DNA of 64,000 bases from Anthoceros angustus (Eukaryota; Plantae; Anthocerotophyta), in assembly GCA_010909165.1 (NCBI GenBank), contig MU008196.1:620001-684000 (forward strand), given 5' to 3'. Shown one piece after another: positions 34,401 through 49,080 of the stretch. The translations under genes and the position numbers were made by a program. How positions within the stretch are numbered: position 1 is the stretch's first letter; each line of letters begins with the position of its first letter. The notes beneath the pieces were generated by a model. That model was not told where the DNA came from and ran no database searches. It saw only the letters and a program-made list of their open reading frames with translations.

Positions 34401-37087
34401 AGCGTGGTTGCCATCCATGCTTGCTTTGCCAAACAGCTTATCCAGCACAGAACGTGGCTCGGTACTTAAACCGGCTGCCATCCCATCTGAGTTGATGTTC
34501 TCAAATTGCATATCCTTAGGCTTTGAACCTCCATTGATACTGAGGTCCCAGTCATCCAAACTCTCCTCCGCTTGCCTTCTGTTGCTTGTCTCAGCATCCA
34601 ACAGTGGATGGAGTATTGTGATCGGATTTTCTACGATTGTCTTTGAAGATGGAAGCACAGAGATTATCTTATAATTTTTGTCATGATCTCTCCGTTCTAG
34701 GGCAGTTGAAGAAGTATCTGCCTCCTGCTTAGGCATTGGAGAAGTATCATGCAAGTCACTTACACCATCAATGATGTCATCCACAGCAGTGGCTACTTGT
34801 ATTCCCTCCTCCTGGTCAGAGTATTGGACAACAGAAATCCATTAGGCAGTCCAGATGAAAGCTAGCAACCTATTAATTGCCCACCTGACTACCATGTGTT
34901 CAAGAATATCACTTAACACATCAAAACCCTTAACTATGGCCCACTACTGATCAAAACGCAATCATACAGTCCCTAAGGCAAAGCAAAACTTACTACATAA
35001 AAGCGCCCCTCGTTGTCTCCCAGTTGAGAGGTAGGCTTCACCTGAACAGCTTTTGCAAACCCTGGAGGAACTGCAGGCCGAGGTATTGAAGTGCTTGTGT
35101 GATTAGTAGAAGGTGCTGGATTTGCAGTCTTGAGATTAAACCCAATGGACCTATTTGGTGACTTTGGAGAAGAGCCCCATTTCATCCATGGACATTCTCG
35201 CATCCCAAAGACTGCTCTCATCATGCTTTCTATTGATTTTCTGTTCATCATTTGAAAGCTTCTGCTCCTTTGACTGCTGGTATTCTTGCAGCTGCCGCTG
35301 ATGCTGCTTCCGCATGAGTTCAAATGACTCTGCATAAGACAGGCTGTCATATACATCAATTTCTTCAACACGAAGAACATACCCATTAAGATCGAACCAA
35401 CCAGTTAACAAACCTCTTCGCTTCCGCTCCTGCTCCACTCTCTCTTCACTTGAGGGATCATCAAATCCAAAAGTCTCATCATTGATGAAGTCCGCTTCCT
35501 CCGCCGCACATATGGAGATGCCTGAAAATGTCAGGAGCCATAGTGGTGACATCCTAGACACCTCTAAACAGAGCAGTGAACTGCACAGATGTTTTACAAA
35601 CACAGGCTTGTCAATAGCAAGTATGTTTCAGTTCACCTTGACCTGTCTAGTTGGCTGATACTGGTCATGGCCACGGCCATAGCGAGTAAATCCAGTATAT
35701 CTTGACGAATTGCCTGGTAAGGCACTTGCAAAGACACTTCGAGGACCACCACCACTACCCAGGAGGCCATCACGCTCAGATGGCACCCAACCAGAACGGC
35801 CTGTCACACTGGCTTGCCCACAAGTACGGGCTCCAGAATCTGGGAGACAACCATGCCATACATTTTAGAAATTGAAGTCCTTGAACATCCTAGCTGCAAA
35901 ATCCAAATCAGAGAAGCCACAACTTCTACAGAAGAAGCAGATTGCAATGAACAAATAAAAGTCGACAGGCAAGTGAACCATCAGCATCAGAGTGGTTTTC
36001 AGATTTTCTCCCCACAAGTAAATTTCAAGAAGAAGCCTACCCAACTCATCAGCATCCCAGTCATGAAATGGGCGCTTCTTTTCTCTGTCACCGCACCCTG
36101 CTCGGTGCTCCGCTTGCCCTGACCAGAAGCACCTGCCCCTGCAGGCCTGTCAACAGAGCGAACATGCCCATTCTCACCCCAGTTCGCAGCTGGCCTGGGT
36201 GGGTAGCTGGTTGAAATGCATTCCGACTTCATCATCATACAGTTTTCGCCTGGGGCCTTGTTGGATCCCTGATACGCCACTTGATCCACTTGATCCAGGG
36301 CGCCATGAGTCTTTTCGCCATTCTGGAATCTCCTGGGGAGATCTGATGTAGACCTCACTGCGCATGTCATACCACATTTCCACATTTGGTCCGAGCGTGA
36401 TTGGTATGACATTATGTTTCCAGCCATAAATACTTAAAGTAGGAGACCCCTAGCCATCACACAGTTGGGATCAAGTCTTACCTTTCCCTATCTCGGCGTG
36501 GTAAGCCTCGAGATGCTGGAACAGGAATTGCGACACCTCCATCCACGATTTCCGAAGGGGGAGGATCTCTGCAAAGCAGATGACATTGGTAACTCAGCAC
36601 AGGAAGTTGATTTGATTAGGTAAAAAAAAGACAAATCATTGGATCATGTAAATTCTACAGAAGATGAACTTAAGATACAAATGAAGAGATCACATGTGCC
36701 ATCATATATTTGACCCTGACCAAGTCTTAACAGCATTGAATAATACTACCTCCACAATACGGGGTCAAGGCCACCCGGCCGTAATTTGCATGATTCATGA
36801 TCAGCAAAGGACAAGAGAAAATCCCTTGTGTAGCAATGCTTGGCAGATCTGCAGCCAAAAAGAGAATGGCACAATCAACATGACATGTGCTCTGACACTT
36901 AAGTTGCAGCACAAAGCAGTAGAACCGGGTGTCACAGGACACACTGCAAGCACCAGTACAGGAGATAAAAGATACCCACGATTCAAACATGGCAGGCAAG
37001 AGACAGGTTCAGAAATTACTTGGACGTCAGACAAGGAGAAGCTGGATATCCTTCGGTTGCACCAGGGCCAACTCCTTCCTCACCCAT
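31471..37087 (-). CDS. CBE1: CBE1-like (At4g01290-like) eIF4E-binding protein, multi-exon, apparently intact
   Basis: ATG at 37087 (exon 37020-37087). Exon 2 has YTRDFLL (36812-36832). Conserved blocks are DGLLGSG, INDETFG...EERVEQERKRR|ESFELMRKQHQ, PRPAVPPGF, SVLDKLFG, LTCEDIELSI, ASRHLLSLLQR and TLESLFGKAFMNELR. The long exon spans ~31521-34036. The last exon is uncertain (donor at ~31520, true stop possibly ~31230). Confidence 0.88.
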
Positions 37088-37474
37088 CTGAGTCGACACT
37101 TCGAAAACTTTGGACAATCCCGAAACCACATTCGAGGCGCTTGCACACTCGACCTACGACAATCTGAGCCACCAGCCTGACTGATCTGCAGCTGCCACAC
37201 AGTCCGCTCCGCGCCGAGGGCTAGGCAGATCCAAAGACAAATCATCCACTAGAAACCTCGATCCAAGGTGCCACGATATTGCTAAACTCCAGCACGTCAG
37301 TATATAACAGAAAGGATCCTATGAGATACACAATGGAGCGAGAGGAGGTTTTGTACATTTATACCGATACCTATATAGGTTACATATAAGAACGAAGTCC
37401 TTTATTATAGTCTACTTGGATGAAATTTTTCAAACAAGTCACCCCATCTAAGTATTGATCTAAGGACTGATCTA

Positions 37475-37708
37475 TGCCTGAGCTACTTGCAACCAAGGGC
37501 ATCCACTTCCTTTAGGCACCACAATCTAAATACCGATCTAAGCGCAGGATGCTTAGCAGTGTCCATTAGGCCTAAGCCATGTGTGTCCAAATGGCGTAGG
37601 CCAAATGGACACACATTTATAAGAACGTTTAAGCATCCTGCGCTTAGATCGGTACTTAGATGGGGTGCCTAAAGGGAGTGGATGCCCTTGGTGCAAGTAG
37701 CTTAGGCA
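37475..37708. repeat. Long inverted repeat/foldback (MITE-like)
   Basis: ~80-bp arms (TGCCTGAGCTACTTGC...GCAGGATGCTTA and TAAGCATCCTGC...GCAAGTAGCTTAGGCA) enclose a second internal stem. Confidence 0.85.
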
Positions 37709-38228
37709 CACCATGGTACAAGTTTATTAAGTACCAAGTCCCATGACGGAAATCCGTCCTTAGTGGACTCAAATAAAATTCTTCTTCTTCTTCTCCATTT
37801 GGACACACATAAGAGTGGGGTGTTTTCCAAAAATGAATAGTTGGGTGATTAAAACTTTCAGATTCAATCAGATATAAGATGCAAATAGATCAAACGTGTT
37901 TTAGATCTTTAAGAGTGTTTTATAATATATGTATGTAATTAGATCAGTAAATAGATGGGGTGCCTAAAGGGAGTGAATGCCCTTGCTGCAAGTAGCTTAG
38001 GCACACCATGGTACAAGTTGTTAAGTATCAAGTCCCATGACCGAAATCCGTCCTTAGTGGACTCAAATGAAATTCTTCTTCTTCTTCATTTGGACACATA
38101 AGAGTGGGGCGTTTTCCAAAAGTAAATAGTAGGGTGATTAAAACTTTCAGATTCAATTAGATATAAGATGCAAATAGATCAAACGTGTTATAGATCTTTA
38201 AGAGTATTTTATAATATATTTATGTAAT
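37657..38228 (+). repeat. ~295-bp tandem duplication
   Basis: 37657-37940 is repeated at 37952-38228. Confidence 0.9.
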
Positions 38229-39249
38229 AATTATTTCATTACAGCTATGAAAATACTAATTTTAGTTGGGCCTTGTGGTGTACCAACAGCGGACACTCAA
38301 AAGTTTTACATTTTTATTTTCTTTTGAAAGCTCAAATCTCAAAAAGAAAATAAAAAACACATAACTCAACTCAAACCTTGTGCATCGGTATCATACCCCT
38401 CATCGGGCCATGAAGACATTATGTTGATTGGGGGATGATGCCTATGGCTAGCCCGATCCAGCTTGATGAAGCATGATCCAGTTCATCAAGCTCAATAAGT
38501 AGACAATGATTGTGCTCATGGCGACAGACTAGCTGTCAGAATGCATAGTCCCATTAAGCTTTCCAGCCCCACAACTCCAAAATGCTGTTAGATTTGCGGT
38601 TATGCCTACAAAGGCGCCCTCCACATGGACAGATGCAGGTTTGTAAGCAAGATTGTGAGAATAAGGCACACGTGGGCCGGCCTTGTCAATATTTGGAACA
38701 AATTAAAAAATGCGCACACCTTCGCCTCCCATGGGGAACATCGAGCTCTAACATGGTCACATCGGTGGACCAACAAATATTTTTGACGACCGGCTACGTT
38801 CGACATGAGATTAAGCATTTTCCTGATCAAGTCTCCGGTGAATCGTGCTCTTTTTAAGGATTGTATGGTCATATTGGGCTCTCCGAACACCCTGAAGCTA
38901 CAATTTAAGGAATCAATGCCAAGTTTGAGAAAAGGCACCGTTGATCGCCCTTTGATCAAACGTGGTCAGCCAGATCCAGCCATGACATGATCTATGGATC
39001 AGCTTGTGGAACGGAAAAGATTGGGCGTTTTCATTTTTGGGAAAATAGAGAAAGAAACATAAGAAGTTGCGGAAGATTCCAGTAAGAAACTCCTTTTGTG
39101 AACTACTGCTGATTTTTAGGATTTTCCCAAGAAGAAAATGGTTTAGATTTACTTGGTAGGACATACCTGGTCCAAGGAGGCAGGATTGCATCTAGAAACG
39201 CGCCTGGATCAACCACTGTTGACCCTAAAATCAACAGTGCTTCACAATT

Positions 39250-39630
39250 ATGGAGATAGCTTCAAAGAGAAGGATAGATTCAACAGTAAGGACTACGACG
39301 TCTGGCACCTGCGAATGAGAGGAGTCTTGCGAAACCGAGAATTATGGAATATTGTCAATGGAAGCTTTGAGCGTCCAGTTTGGGTCCTGAGAGTAAACAT
39401 ACCTGGGACACAAAGGATGAGAAGGCCCAAGACATCCTAGTCAGCGGCCTCTCATACCATATGGTGAGGCAAATCGGTGAAGCAAGCTCTTCCAAGGAGA
39501 TGTGGGACCATCTGGCTCAACTATACTCTTCCAAAGATATTATGAGTTTGATGACTGCTGCCCACAATTTCCATATTCTCAAAATGAAGGAATCAGATAC
39601 AATTGAAACTTTTGTGAGCAGAAGCTCTTA
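39250..39630 (+). pseudogene. Ty1/copia gag N-terminal fragment
   Basis: DRFNSKDYDVWHLRMRGVLRNRELWNIV...DEKAQDILVSGLS...SSKEMWDHLAQLY...KMKESDTI. Confidence 0.88.
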
Positions 39631-39691
39631 GAATTGCAAACGAGAATAATGCAATTAATTAAAGTTGAATACAAAACTGTCTTAAGTACTT

Positions 39692-42200
39692 TGTGAGGAG
39701 GTGTGACCATTCACCACTAACCTAGATATTAAATAAATGATCAATAATAACTAGTAGGTTAAACTAACCCTCACTTTTAACACTTCCACTTAAGCTAAGC
39801 AAGTTATCAATAAATCACCATTTTACTCCATATAACTCACTGTAGATAGTGGTAGGTAGTAGTAGATATGGGTAGAAAAGCTGTTATGTACCCATGGGCA
39901 TGCAAAAAGCCATGCCCATGTGGGGGTAATAGGGGGGGATCCATTGATGGCCACACAACCCCCATGCCAGCCTTATCCCCATTAAAACATAGGGTTACCA
40001 CTGTAAGATGGATGCGGTAAGACGAGAGGTGCCCAAAGCCTACAAAGATAGCTAAGAGGAAATCCAGAGAGAATGGGCGGAGGCGGCGCAGCATGTGAGC
40101 ACAAGAGGACGCCACAGGGGGACTCGACTGAGCAGCCCGCATGTACTTAATCTTTAGGGAGTGCGCGTGCAATGAGGGGGGAGTATCACCCTCATCTCGC
40201 CATGCCAGTCCAGATCCCACATACCAGAGTTGCCTTCCGCCCCGCCATCACGCCGCTGGAGCCTAAGGGGACGCATAAAGCAGCCGTGAGGCGCAGAACA
40301 CCTTCTCGAACATTGCGGAATTTCAGTGCTTGGAATCCATGCCTGCCGCCAGGTGCGTGGATGTATGCGCCCGATGAACCCGGCACTCGCTCTCACTCTA
40401 CTAGTTCATCGCCAGGTGCCTCACCAAGGTGTAACTCTTCCTTGTTTTTTTCCTTTTTCCGTGTGTGCCCCTTCAGTGTAGTGGCTCCAGTTCCTAATCT
40501 TGAGGTAGCCGCTGACGACAGTACTAATGCTTTCGTGTGTCAATGTAGATGCTGACGAAGTGCCACATAGAGTATGTTAGAAATAAAGCCAATGCTTCGG
40601 CTAAGTAACGTTGGTTTAGGTTAAGTTTGGTTAGTTCTAGGGTTTGCTATTACAGAAACATATAAAAAACCATTTGTAACTTTTTCATTTATTTTAAAGT
40701 TTATTATTTTGGTTCTGCACACGATTGCTCCACCGAAAACAAACATGGTATCAGAGCTGCCTCTTGCTCTTCTCCAGAATTCCTAACAATGCCGAGGCGG
40801 GGGAATCTTGGCAGAGGACCTCGCAGAGGAAGATTTGGTGGCGGCTATGCAAGGCGCATTCTCGCACCACAACGATCCATTCACATTCATGAAGGACCTC
40901 TTCCCCTGGAGACTTTACTTGACCTCTAGAACGACACTCACCCCTGACCGAGAGACTTCATGAACAGAATCACTGTAGAGGAGGATGCCGACAATCCCGC
41001 CACCAATTAGAGAGGAATGGAAGGTCGGAGGTGCGCAAGCGCCCGCATGAGCACAAGAGGACGCGCCTGGGGACCATCGAAAGCACCGCATGACTTAATC
41101 TTTAGGGAGTGCGCGCGGTGCAATGAGGGGGGGAGTAGCCCAGCCTCATCTCGCCATGCCTGTGTCCAGATCCCACCGCAGCCAGAGTTGTTTGCGTTCC
41201 GCCCCGCCATCACGCCGCTGGAGCCTAAGGGGACGCCACGATAGAAGCTGAGGCGCACACCTCGAACATTGCGGAATTTCAGTGCTTGGAATCCATGCCT
41301 GCCCGCCGCCGTGGTGTGTGTGGATGGCCCGATGAACTGCACCGCGCCTCACTCTACTAGTTCATCAAGTGCGCCTCACGCCAAGGTGCCAACTCTTCCT
41401 TGTTTTTTCCTTTTTCCGTGTGTGCCCCTTCGCAGTAGTGGCTCATTCCTAATCTTGAGGTAGCCAGACTTAACTAATGCTGTGTGTCAATGTAGATGTC
41501 AATGGGCGCCACATAGAGTATGTTAGAAATAAAGCCAATGCTTCGGCTAAGTAACGTTGGTTTAGGTTAAGTTTGGTTAGTTCTAGGGTTTGCTATTACA
41601 GAAACATATAAAAAACCATTTGTAACTTTTTCATTTATTTTAAAGTTTATTATTTTGGTTCCGCAGACACGATTGCTCCAATCGAAAACAAACATGGTAT
41701 CGAGCTGCCTCTTGCTCTTCCGAGACTCCTAATAATGCCGAGGCGGGGAATTCGCAGGACCTCGCAGAGGAAGATTTGGTGGCGGCTATGCAAGGCGCAT
41801 TCTCGCACCACAACGATCCATTCACATTCATGAAGGACCTCTTCCCCTGGAGACTTTACTTGACCTCTACGAGAACGATTACCCCTACCTCGGACTGAGA
41901 GACTTCGCGAACAGGAATTCGAATAGAGAGGAGGATCGTCGACAATCCCGCCACCAATTAGAGAGGAATCAGGAAGTTCACTCTCTCTATCGGGCGAGAT
42001 GCCTTGAGAGGGGACAGAACCCCGACATGCGTTACACGGGCCCTGACGGGTCCTTCACCCTTGCGCAGCTAAGGCTAGACTCGCAGCGACACGCTCCATC
42101 AGAACCTACAAACAAATCCAAGGATGATCAACTCACCTCAGATGAGATCTAGTGCAGCTATAAGGATGGAACAAACCTTGTCGCTACCATCTCAAGCGGG
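39692..42200 (+). mobile_element. LTR retrotransposon 5' part (LTR, tRNA-iMet PBS, degenerate gag), duplicated
   Basis: ...AAACA|TGGTATCAGAGC PBS at 40746-40757, with a second copy at ~41695-41705. ~40060-41005 is repeated at ~41005-41965. The LTR start is uncertain (TG at 39692 or 39841). Confidence 0.75.
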
Positions 42201-43290
42201 AGAAATTGAAGAGTCAATTTTATGGATCCGAGTACCTCTCAGGGCAAGCAATTTCTACAAGTTCAAGCGTCATTTAGCGACAGATTGCTGAGATCTAAGA
42301 CTCCCTGAGGACGATGGAGATCGGCCACTGCTCGAGCCAACGCCGCCCCGCCAGGCGAAAATTCCTTAGCTGATCGCCTGCTACCCCCGCTACTGGAAAG
42401 GCACGAGGCCTCGCCGAGGAGAATTGGAACGTCACCAAGCCATCCGGAGCGCCCAAGCGGCAGGAACACGTTGGCTTAGCTCCGAATGGTCGCGGGCCCC
42501 CATCATGCCTCCTCGGCTCCCCAGGGTTTACACCCCTTCACCTGAAACCCTCTCAATGGAGGGAACGCGCACATGAGCAGTACCTTAGTTAGTTTTTTTT
42601 CTAGGTCAGACACATACAGTATTTGCAAGTCTACTCACTTGTGATACTTGTTGACTGCTTGGAAATTGCTGCATGTCGGCTGATGACTAACCCCGCAGTA
42701 GACGAGCAGGCGGGGTGAAGCCTCGTGGCGAACCACACATCGTGCTGATCCCACACCACCCCACGCCTCATCTCAAGCGGGAGAAATTGAAGAGTCAATT
42801 TGCGGATCCGAGTACCTCTCGAGCAAGCAATTTCTGAAGTTCAAGCGTCATTTAGCGGCTGATTGCTGAGATCTAAGACTCACGGACGATGGAGATTCAT
42901 GCTCGGTGAGCCGCCCCGAGCTGGGAAATTCCTTAGCTGATCGCTTACTCCCCGGAAGGGGCACGAGGCCTCGCCGAGAGAATTGGAACGCCACCAAGCC
43001 ATCCGAGCCCAAGCGGGAACGTTAACAGCTCAATAATTGTGGCCCCATCATGCCTCCTCGGCTCCCGAGGTTTACACCCTTCACCAAACCCTCTCAATGG
43101 AGGGCAGCGCACATGAGCAGTACCTTAGTTAGTTTTTTTTCTAGGTCGACACCTCACAGATTTGCAAGTCTACTCACTTGTGATACTTGTTGTTGTGATG
43201 CCATCGCAGTTATTAACATGGAGAGCGGGGTCTAGGAGGGGTGAAGCCTCTGGAACCACACATCGTAGATGCGTTGATCCCACACAAGCA
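42190..43290 (+). repeat. ~580-bp tandem duplication in TE-derived sequence
   Basis: 42190-42765 is repeated at 42770-43290 with indels. Confidence 0.8.
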
Positions 43291-46069
43291 CCACCCTACG
43301 CCCTATCCCCTGCACGTGCTAGGTTAGTTTGTACCCCTACTAGAAAAGGCAGCCTATGTTACAGTCGTTGTTGCAATTTTATGTTACACTTCCAAATTGC
43401 AACATGCTATGTAGGCTTGGTATTAAGTCTGACACTATTCCCTTCTCATGCTATCACCATCTTAACACGCACCTGGCTCTCTCTCTCATCACCTCGCCCT
43501 CCTAAGTACACCCTCCCTCTCGTAAGCATTGTTTATTATTTCAAACACATACAATGAAAACCTGCTTATGTTACAATCCTTTGTTACAATTTCATGCAAC
43601 ACTTTCCATGTGGAACACCCAAAAAGTTAGTTGGCTTGGTGTTAAGTTTGTGATTTTCTCCTCCCCCTTCTCTCACCATCTTAACAACATGCAAGTGGTC
43701 TCTTGACCTTACACCTCACCATTAAGACCATCTCATTAAGGTTGTTGGTTTGGTGTTAAGTTTGTGATTGTCTTCTCCACTTTCTCTTAATAAGAGAAAG
43801 TGGAGAAGAAAGTGGCGTCTGTTTAGAAAGGGGTTTCTCCTGTCAAAAGGGGTTTTGGAAAAAATCCCAACCCTATTTCACGGAACCGGTTGGTTTGGTT
43901 TTGTTGGTTTTGTAGGTGTTCATCCATCGGTTTCGGGCATTCTCGGCCTCCCACCACTGCCGAGTCATTTACACCTGGCGCCTTATACTCGTTCATGGCG
44001 ATTTAGTCGGTGTGATGAAGGGCGATGACCTCATTGTTCCATAATTTCGCCATGTCCGTAGTTTCGTGATTTTGTGTGGTTTTGTATGTTTTGTATACCG
44101 GGGCCTAGGCGCGCATAAGTGCGCCTAAACAACGCTTATGTGCAAACTTGTGCATGCACTGCAAAAAGAACGCTAAAATGATCTTCTAATGGGAAGCATG
44201 TCCTTTTGGCGGTCGAGGATGCCGAACTCCCACAAAATAACAAGTAGCGTACATCATGGAGGTTCACCTAGACCACTCTTATATACCTATCCTATGCCCT
44301 AATGCGACGAAGAACACCCTATCCCTTTTTATTCTTTACGGTGTTTAGTCTCTTTCGTGATGACCTAGTACCGGTTATCATCAAAACATGCTAGGGGCCC
44401 ACTGGGTGAACAAGTGCATGCACCAGGGGCAGGGGCCATACTGCGCACCACGGGCAAGGCCCGGTGTGCAGGGGCAGGAGGCACGGGCAGACTGGTGCAG
44501 TGCCAGCGCACTGTGCAAGGAGGCGCACACACAAGTGCACGCACCCAAGGTCAAGAAGGGCCTGGGAGCATGAACCCAAATGGTTCATGCCTCCTAGTGC
44601 ATTCCTGCACGGTTCATCCAAAGAAAAAGAGCAAAAGTCTAAAACCCTAAAACCCTAAAAATTACAAAAGTCCAGTTTTTGAGGCAAGTGCGCGACTTTT
44701 CTAAAATTTTGACAAATTTTTGCATTTTTGTATTTTTTGATATTTTTGTTGTTTTAAAGGGTTCCTTTCGACGCTTTCAACCTTTTTGTGCAGCACCCTA
44801 ATGTGGATATGTTCTTATCTTTACTTAACCCTCATCTTTTTCTAGTGGTTAAAACTTTGAACTAGTAGTGAGAACCTTTTGCATCTTTTGAATCTTGAGA
44901 CGCTTACGGGCCCGCCCAAGTGCGTACCATGCCACTCTCATTCTCGCACTAGGCGTGGATCAAGAGCATCAGGCCAAAGAAGATATTATTGTCCCAATGT
45001 CTAAGGAACAAAGTCCCGTGAAATTTTGAGCGAGAGTATAGTCATAGGATTGACTAGTATGAATGAAAGGTGCGCAAACAAGTTTGCACTGCACAATTAC
45101 AGAAGCCCTAAAAACTCTAAATGTTTAGATATCGCTCAACACCGCAATGATTGCCGATGTTGAGACTGCTTAAAGGCGCGCGATAAGTTTGCGCAATTTT
45201 GTGTCCAGTTTGAAAGAAAAAGCCGAACGAGAATGGGACTTTAGGTTTTGCCACGACTTGCAATCTACAATCTCAAATAACGTGTATCAAAACAATTATT
45301 CAAAGGTTGCGTAACATGTCTCAGCAGAGAAATATCAAAAAGCCCGATTATAGTGCGGATTTTTCAAGTGTAAGCAAAGGGTCCGCCAGTCTCAGGCAAA
45401 AGGGGTTTGTGGAGAAACCCTTTCTAAACAGAGCTGTTTACCATCTTAATAACCTCGGCTTCGTCTCTCCTTTCACCTCTTCACTCTAGTTAATTGCTCC
45501 AAAGATGACACCCATTTTTTTATTGTTTCCCTCTTTGTGTTGCAACATGACTGGGACAATGAGCTCCCCTCTCCCACTAGTATTTTATTCTTCCCCTGTT
45601 GCTTTTCCTACATGGCAGTAATCAGGAACTCTATCTCTCTCCCTGTGGGTATCAATCTCTTTCCATCTTACCTCCTTTGCATAGCTATGAATTTGTAATC
45701 TACATTCCCTCTTCAATGCACACTTGTGTCCACACCTGGTTTTGTTTTTAAGCCCCATATACACAACTGAAACTCTTTTTATTACCTGATTATGTATAGT
45801 AGGATTCTAGATTATTTATATGTCTATCTATATATACGGTTGGCAGGCCGACTTGTTCTGTATAATCCTATATATATGACTGAAACACGTATTTATATAT
45901 GTATATATATTTTTATACTTATAATGAATACATATTCTTTATCTATAGGTACAAAATCATAGGTATCTAACCATGGCATAGTTATAAGTATAAACCTCAT
46001 ACATTAATATATACCCCATGTCATATACCAATCAAAACACCGATTACGCGACATGCATTCTTCCAACGC

Positions 46070-49000
46070 CCCTTGCTTTTTCCCAAAGTGCCTTTTCGCC
46101 ATGTATACGAACATGCGGCTGACGATGATCACCCTGCTCTTCCAAAGGTGACTGGTGACACTACACAGGATGACGAAACTGAAGCCAATGAAGAGCCTCC
46201 TCAAGTCCTACGTTGGTCTACTAGACACCGTCCTCCAAGGTCAGAGTGGAAAGAGCCTCCGTATGTTGCAGGTATTGCTGTAGAGGAACCACTTTTTCCA
46301 CCTGCTCATGTTTTTAGTGCTGTAGAATCATTAGGTGAACCTGCCACCTATAGAGAAGCTATTGAAGGGCCTGAATCTTCCTTTTGGCAGAAGGCTATTG
46401 AGTCTGAATATCAATCCCTCATTTCTCATAAAACTTGGGTTCTTGTAGATCTCCTCGGTCAGAAACCGCCTGTTTGTAAGTGGGTCTTCAAAAAAACTCA
46501 ATACATGGTAGTGTTGGTAGGTATAAGGCTCGTGGCAAAGGGATATAGTCAAGTAGCGGTTAGACTACAATGAAACATTTGCTTGTTAAGTCTACTTCCA
46601 TAAGAATACTCCTTGCCCTTGCCTCACTACAATCTCCTCGACATCGCTTAGACGTAAAACCGCTTTAATGGCACCTTAGATGAGGTCATCTACATGGCTC
46701 AACCTAAGGTTTTATTATAGACCCTAATAAAGTATGTCAACTTTTAAAACACTTTATGGTCTTAAATAAATTCCTGCATGGAATGAAGTGTTTCATGCAT
46801 TGCTCATAGAATTGGGTTTCACATGTTTGACGATAGCACAGATATATTTTATGGGATGACAATGATTTTATCATTTTAACTGCTTATGTGGATGATAATA
46901 TTTTATTTAGCACTTCACCAACTCTTATGGCAAGAATGAAAGATTTTTGGCGAGGTTTGATATGATTTGGGGTGCTTATCTTTTCTCTTGGCATTCAATT
47001 CCATTTTAACACGCGATAACACTATTGATATTCATCAAGAGCATTTTGTACATCAACTACTTAAGAGGTTCAAGATGGAGGATGCACGATCAAGAAGCAC
47101 ACCTATGTCTATCTATATATACTGTGTGCCGACTTGTTCTCAGATAATCCTATATATGACCTAAACACGTATTTATATATGTATATATATTTTTATACTT
47201 ATAATGAATACATATTCTTTATCTATAGGTACAAAATCATAGGTATCTAACCATGGCATAGTTATAAGTATAAACCTCATACATTAATATATACCTCATC
47301 ACATATACCACCAAACACTGCACATGCGCATTACGTTTCTTCCAACGTCCCCCTTTGCGCGTTTTTCCCAAAGCAGCCTTTCGCTTCGTATACGAACATG
47401 CGGCTGACGATGATCACCCTGCTCTTCCAAAGGTGACTGGTGACACTACACAGGATGACGAAACTGAAGCCAATGAAGAGCCTCCTCAAGTCCTACGTTG
47501 GTCTACTAGACACCGCCCTCCAAGGTCGAGTGGAAAGAGCCTCAAGGTGTGTATTGTCAGAGGAACCACTTTTTCCACCGCCATGTTTTAGTGTTGTAGA
47601 CTCATTAGGTGAACCCGCCACCTATAGAGAAGCTATTGAAGGGCCCAAGCTTCCTTTTGTAAGGCTATTGAGTCCGAATATCAATCTCTCATTTCTAATA
47701 AAACTTGGGTTCTTGTAGATCTCCTCCCGGTCAAACCGTTGCTTGTAAGTGGGTCTTCAAAAAACTCAATACAGATGGTAGTGTTGGTAGGTATAAGGCT
47801 CCCCTCGTGGCAAAGGGATATAGTCAAGTAGGGTTAGACTACAATGAAACATTTGCCCCTTGTTAAGTCTACTTCCATAAGAATACTCCTTGCCCTTGCT
47901 CACTACAATCTCGTACATCGCTTAGACGAAAAACTGCTTTTCTTAATGGCACCTTAGATGAGGTCATCTACATGGCTCAACCGAAGGTTTTATTATAGAC
48001 CCTAATAAAGTATGTCAACTTTTAAAACACTTTATGGTCTTAAAGTTGCATGGAATGAAGTGTTTCATGCATTGCTCATAGAATTGGGTTTCACATGTTT
48101 GACGCCGATAGCAACAGATATATTTTATGGGATGACAATGATTTTATCATTTTAACTGCTTATGTGGATGATAATATTTTATTTAGCACTTCACCAACTC
48201 TTATGGCAAGAATGAAAGCACTTTTGGCGAGGTTTGATATGACCGATTTGGGGCGCTTATCTTTTCTCTTGGCATTCAATTCCATTTTAACACTCGCGAT
48301 AACACTATTGATATTCATCAAGAGCATTTTGTACATCAACTACTTAAGAGGTTCAAGATGGAGGATGCACGATCAAGAAGCACACCTATGTTCAGGTGAA
48401 AAGCTATCTAAGGAACAATGCCCGACAACAAGAAGAAAAGGCCGAGATGGCACTCAAGCTCACCGACAAGTCGCTGGTTGTTTAATCTATCTATCGTTGG
48501 ACTAGATTAGACATCACACGCGCTAGTAATGTAAGTCTTTTAGAGAACCACAGCTTGCCACATTAAAGAAGAAGAATTTTAGGTACCTCAAAGGAACAAA
48601 GATGCAAAAGGTTTACGCTTTTCTAAGCAAACCGATGGTTTGGCCTAATGTCCTTTGTGATGCCGATGGCTGGTGACCCACACTAGACGTAGTATTGCCC
48701 ATCGTATATTTTAGGTGGATCGCTTATCTCTTGGTCAAGTAAAAGCTCACTACTATTTGTCTTTCCTCTACCAATATGGTGCCAAGGACACAAGTCGCTA
48801 GAGAGGTTATTTGATTAGATCTTTCTTAAGTGGACTTAAGCAGCTTCATGAAGGACCAACTCAGCTTTGTGCGACAACCAATGGCCATTGCTTTATCAAG
48901 AATCCAGCTTTTCATGCTAGAAGTAAGCATATCGAGATTGCTCATCATTTTATAAGACAAGCAGGCGAAAGAGGTAATAGTGGACTATGTTGCCACTTTA

Positions 49001-49080
49001 AAATGTGGCTGACCTTTTGACAAAGTCTTTGCCAAAGTTGGTACATGAGAAACATACTTTGGCACTGGCTAATTTATACC
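46070..49080 (+). pseudogene. Ty1/copia RT-RNase H, partly duplicated (45820-47107 repeated at 47107-48390)
   Basis: EPATYREAI...WQKAIESEYQSL...[25 protein letters not shown] (~48158-48173) and NPAFHARSKHIEIAHHFIR. Confidence 0.93.

Noticed and set aside
38582-38990. Short ORFs upstream of the copia gag
   Set aside because: No recognisable motif in any frame.
44636-44661. Telomere-like AAACCCTA repeats
   Set aside because: Only 2-3 imperfect units, which is common inside plant TEs.
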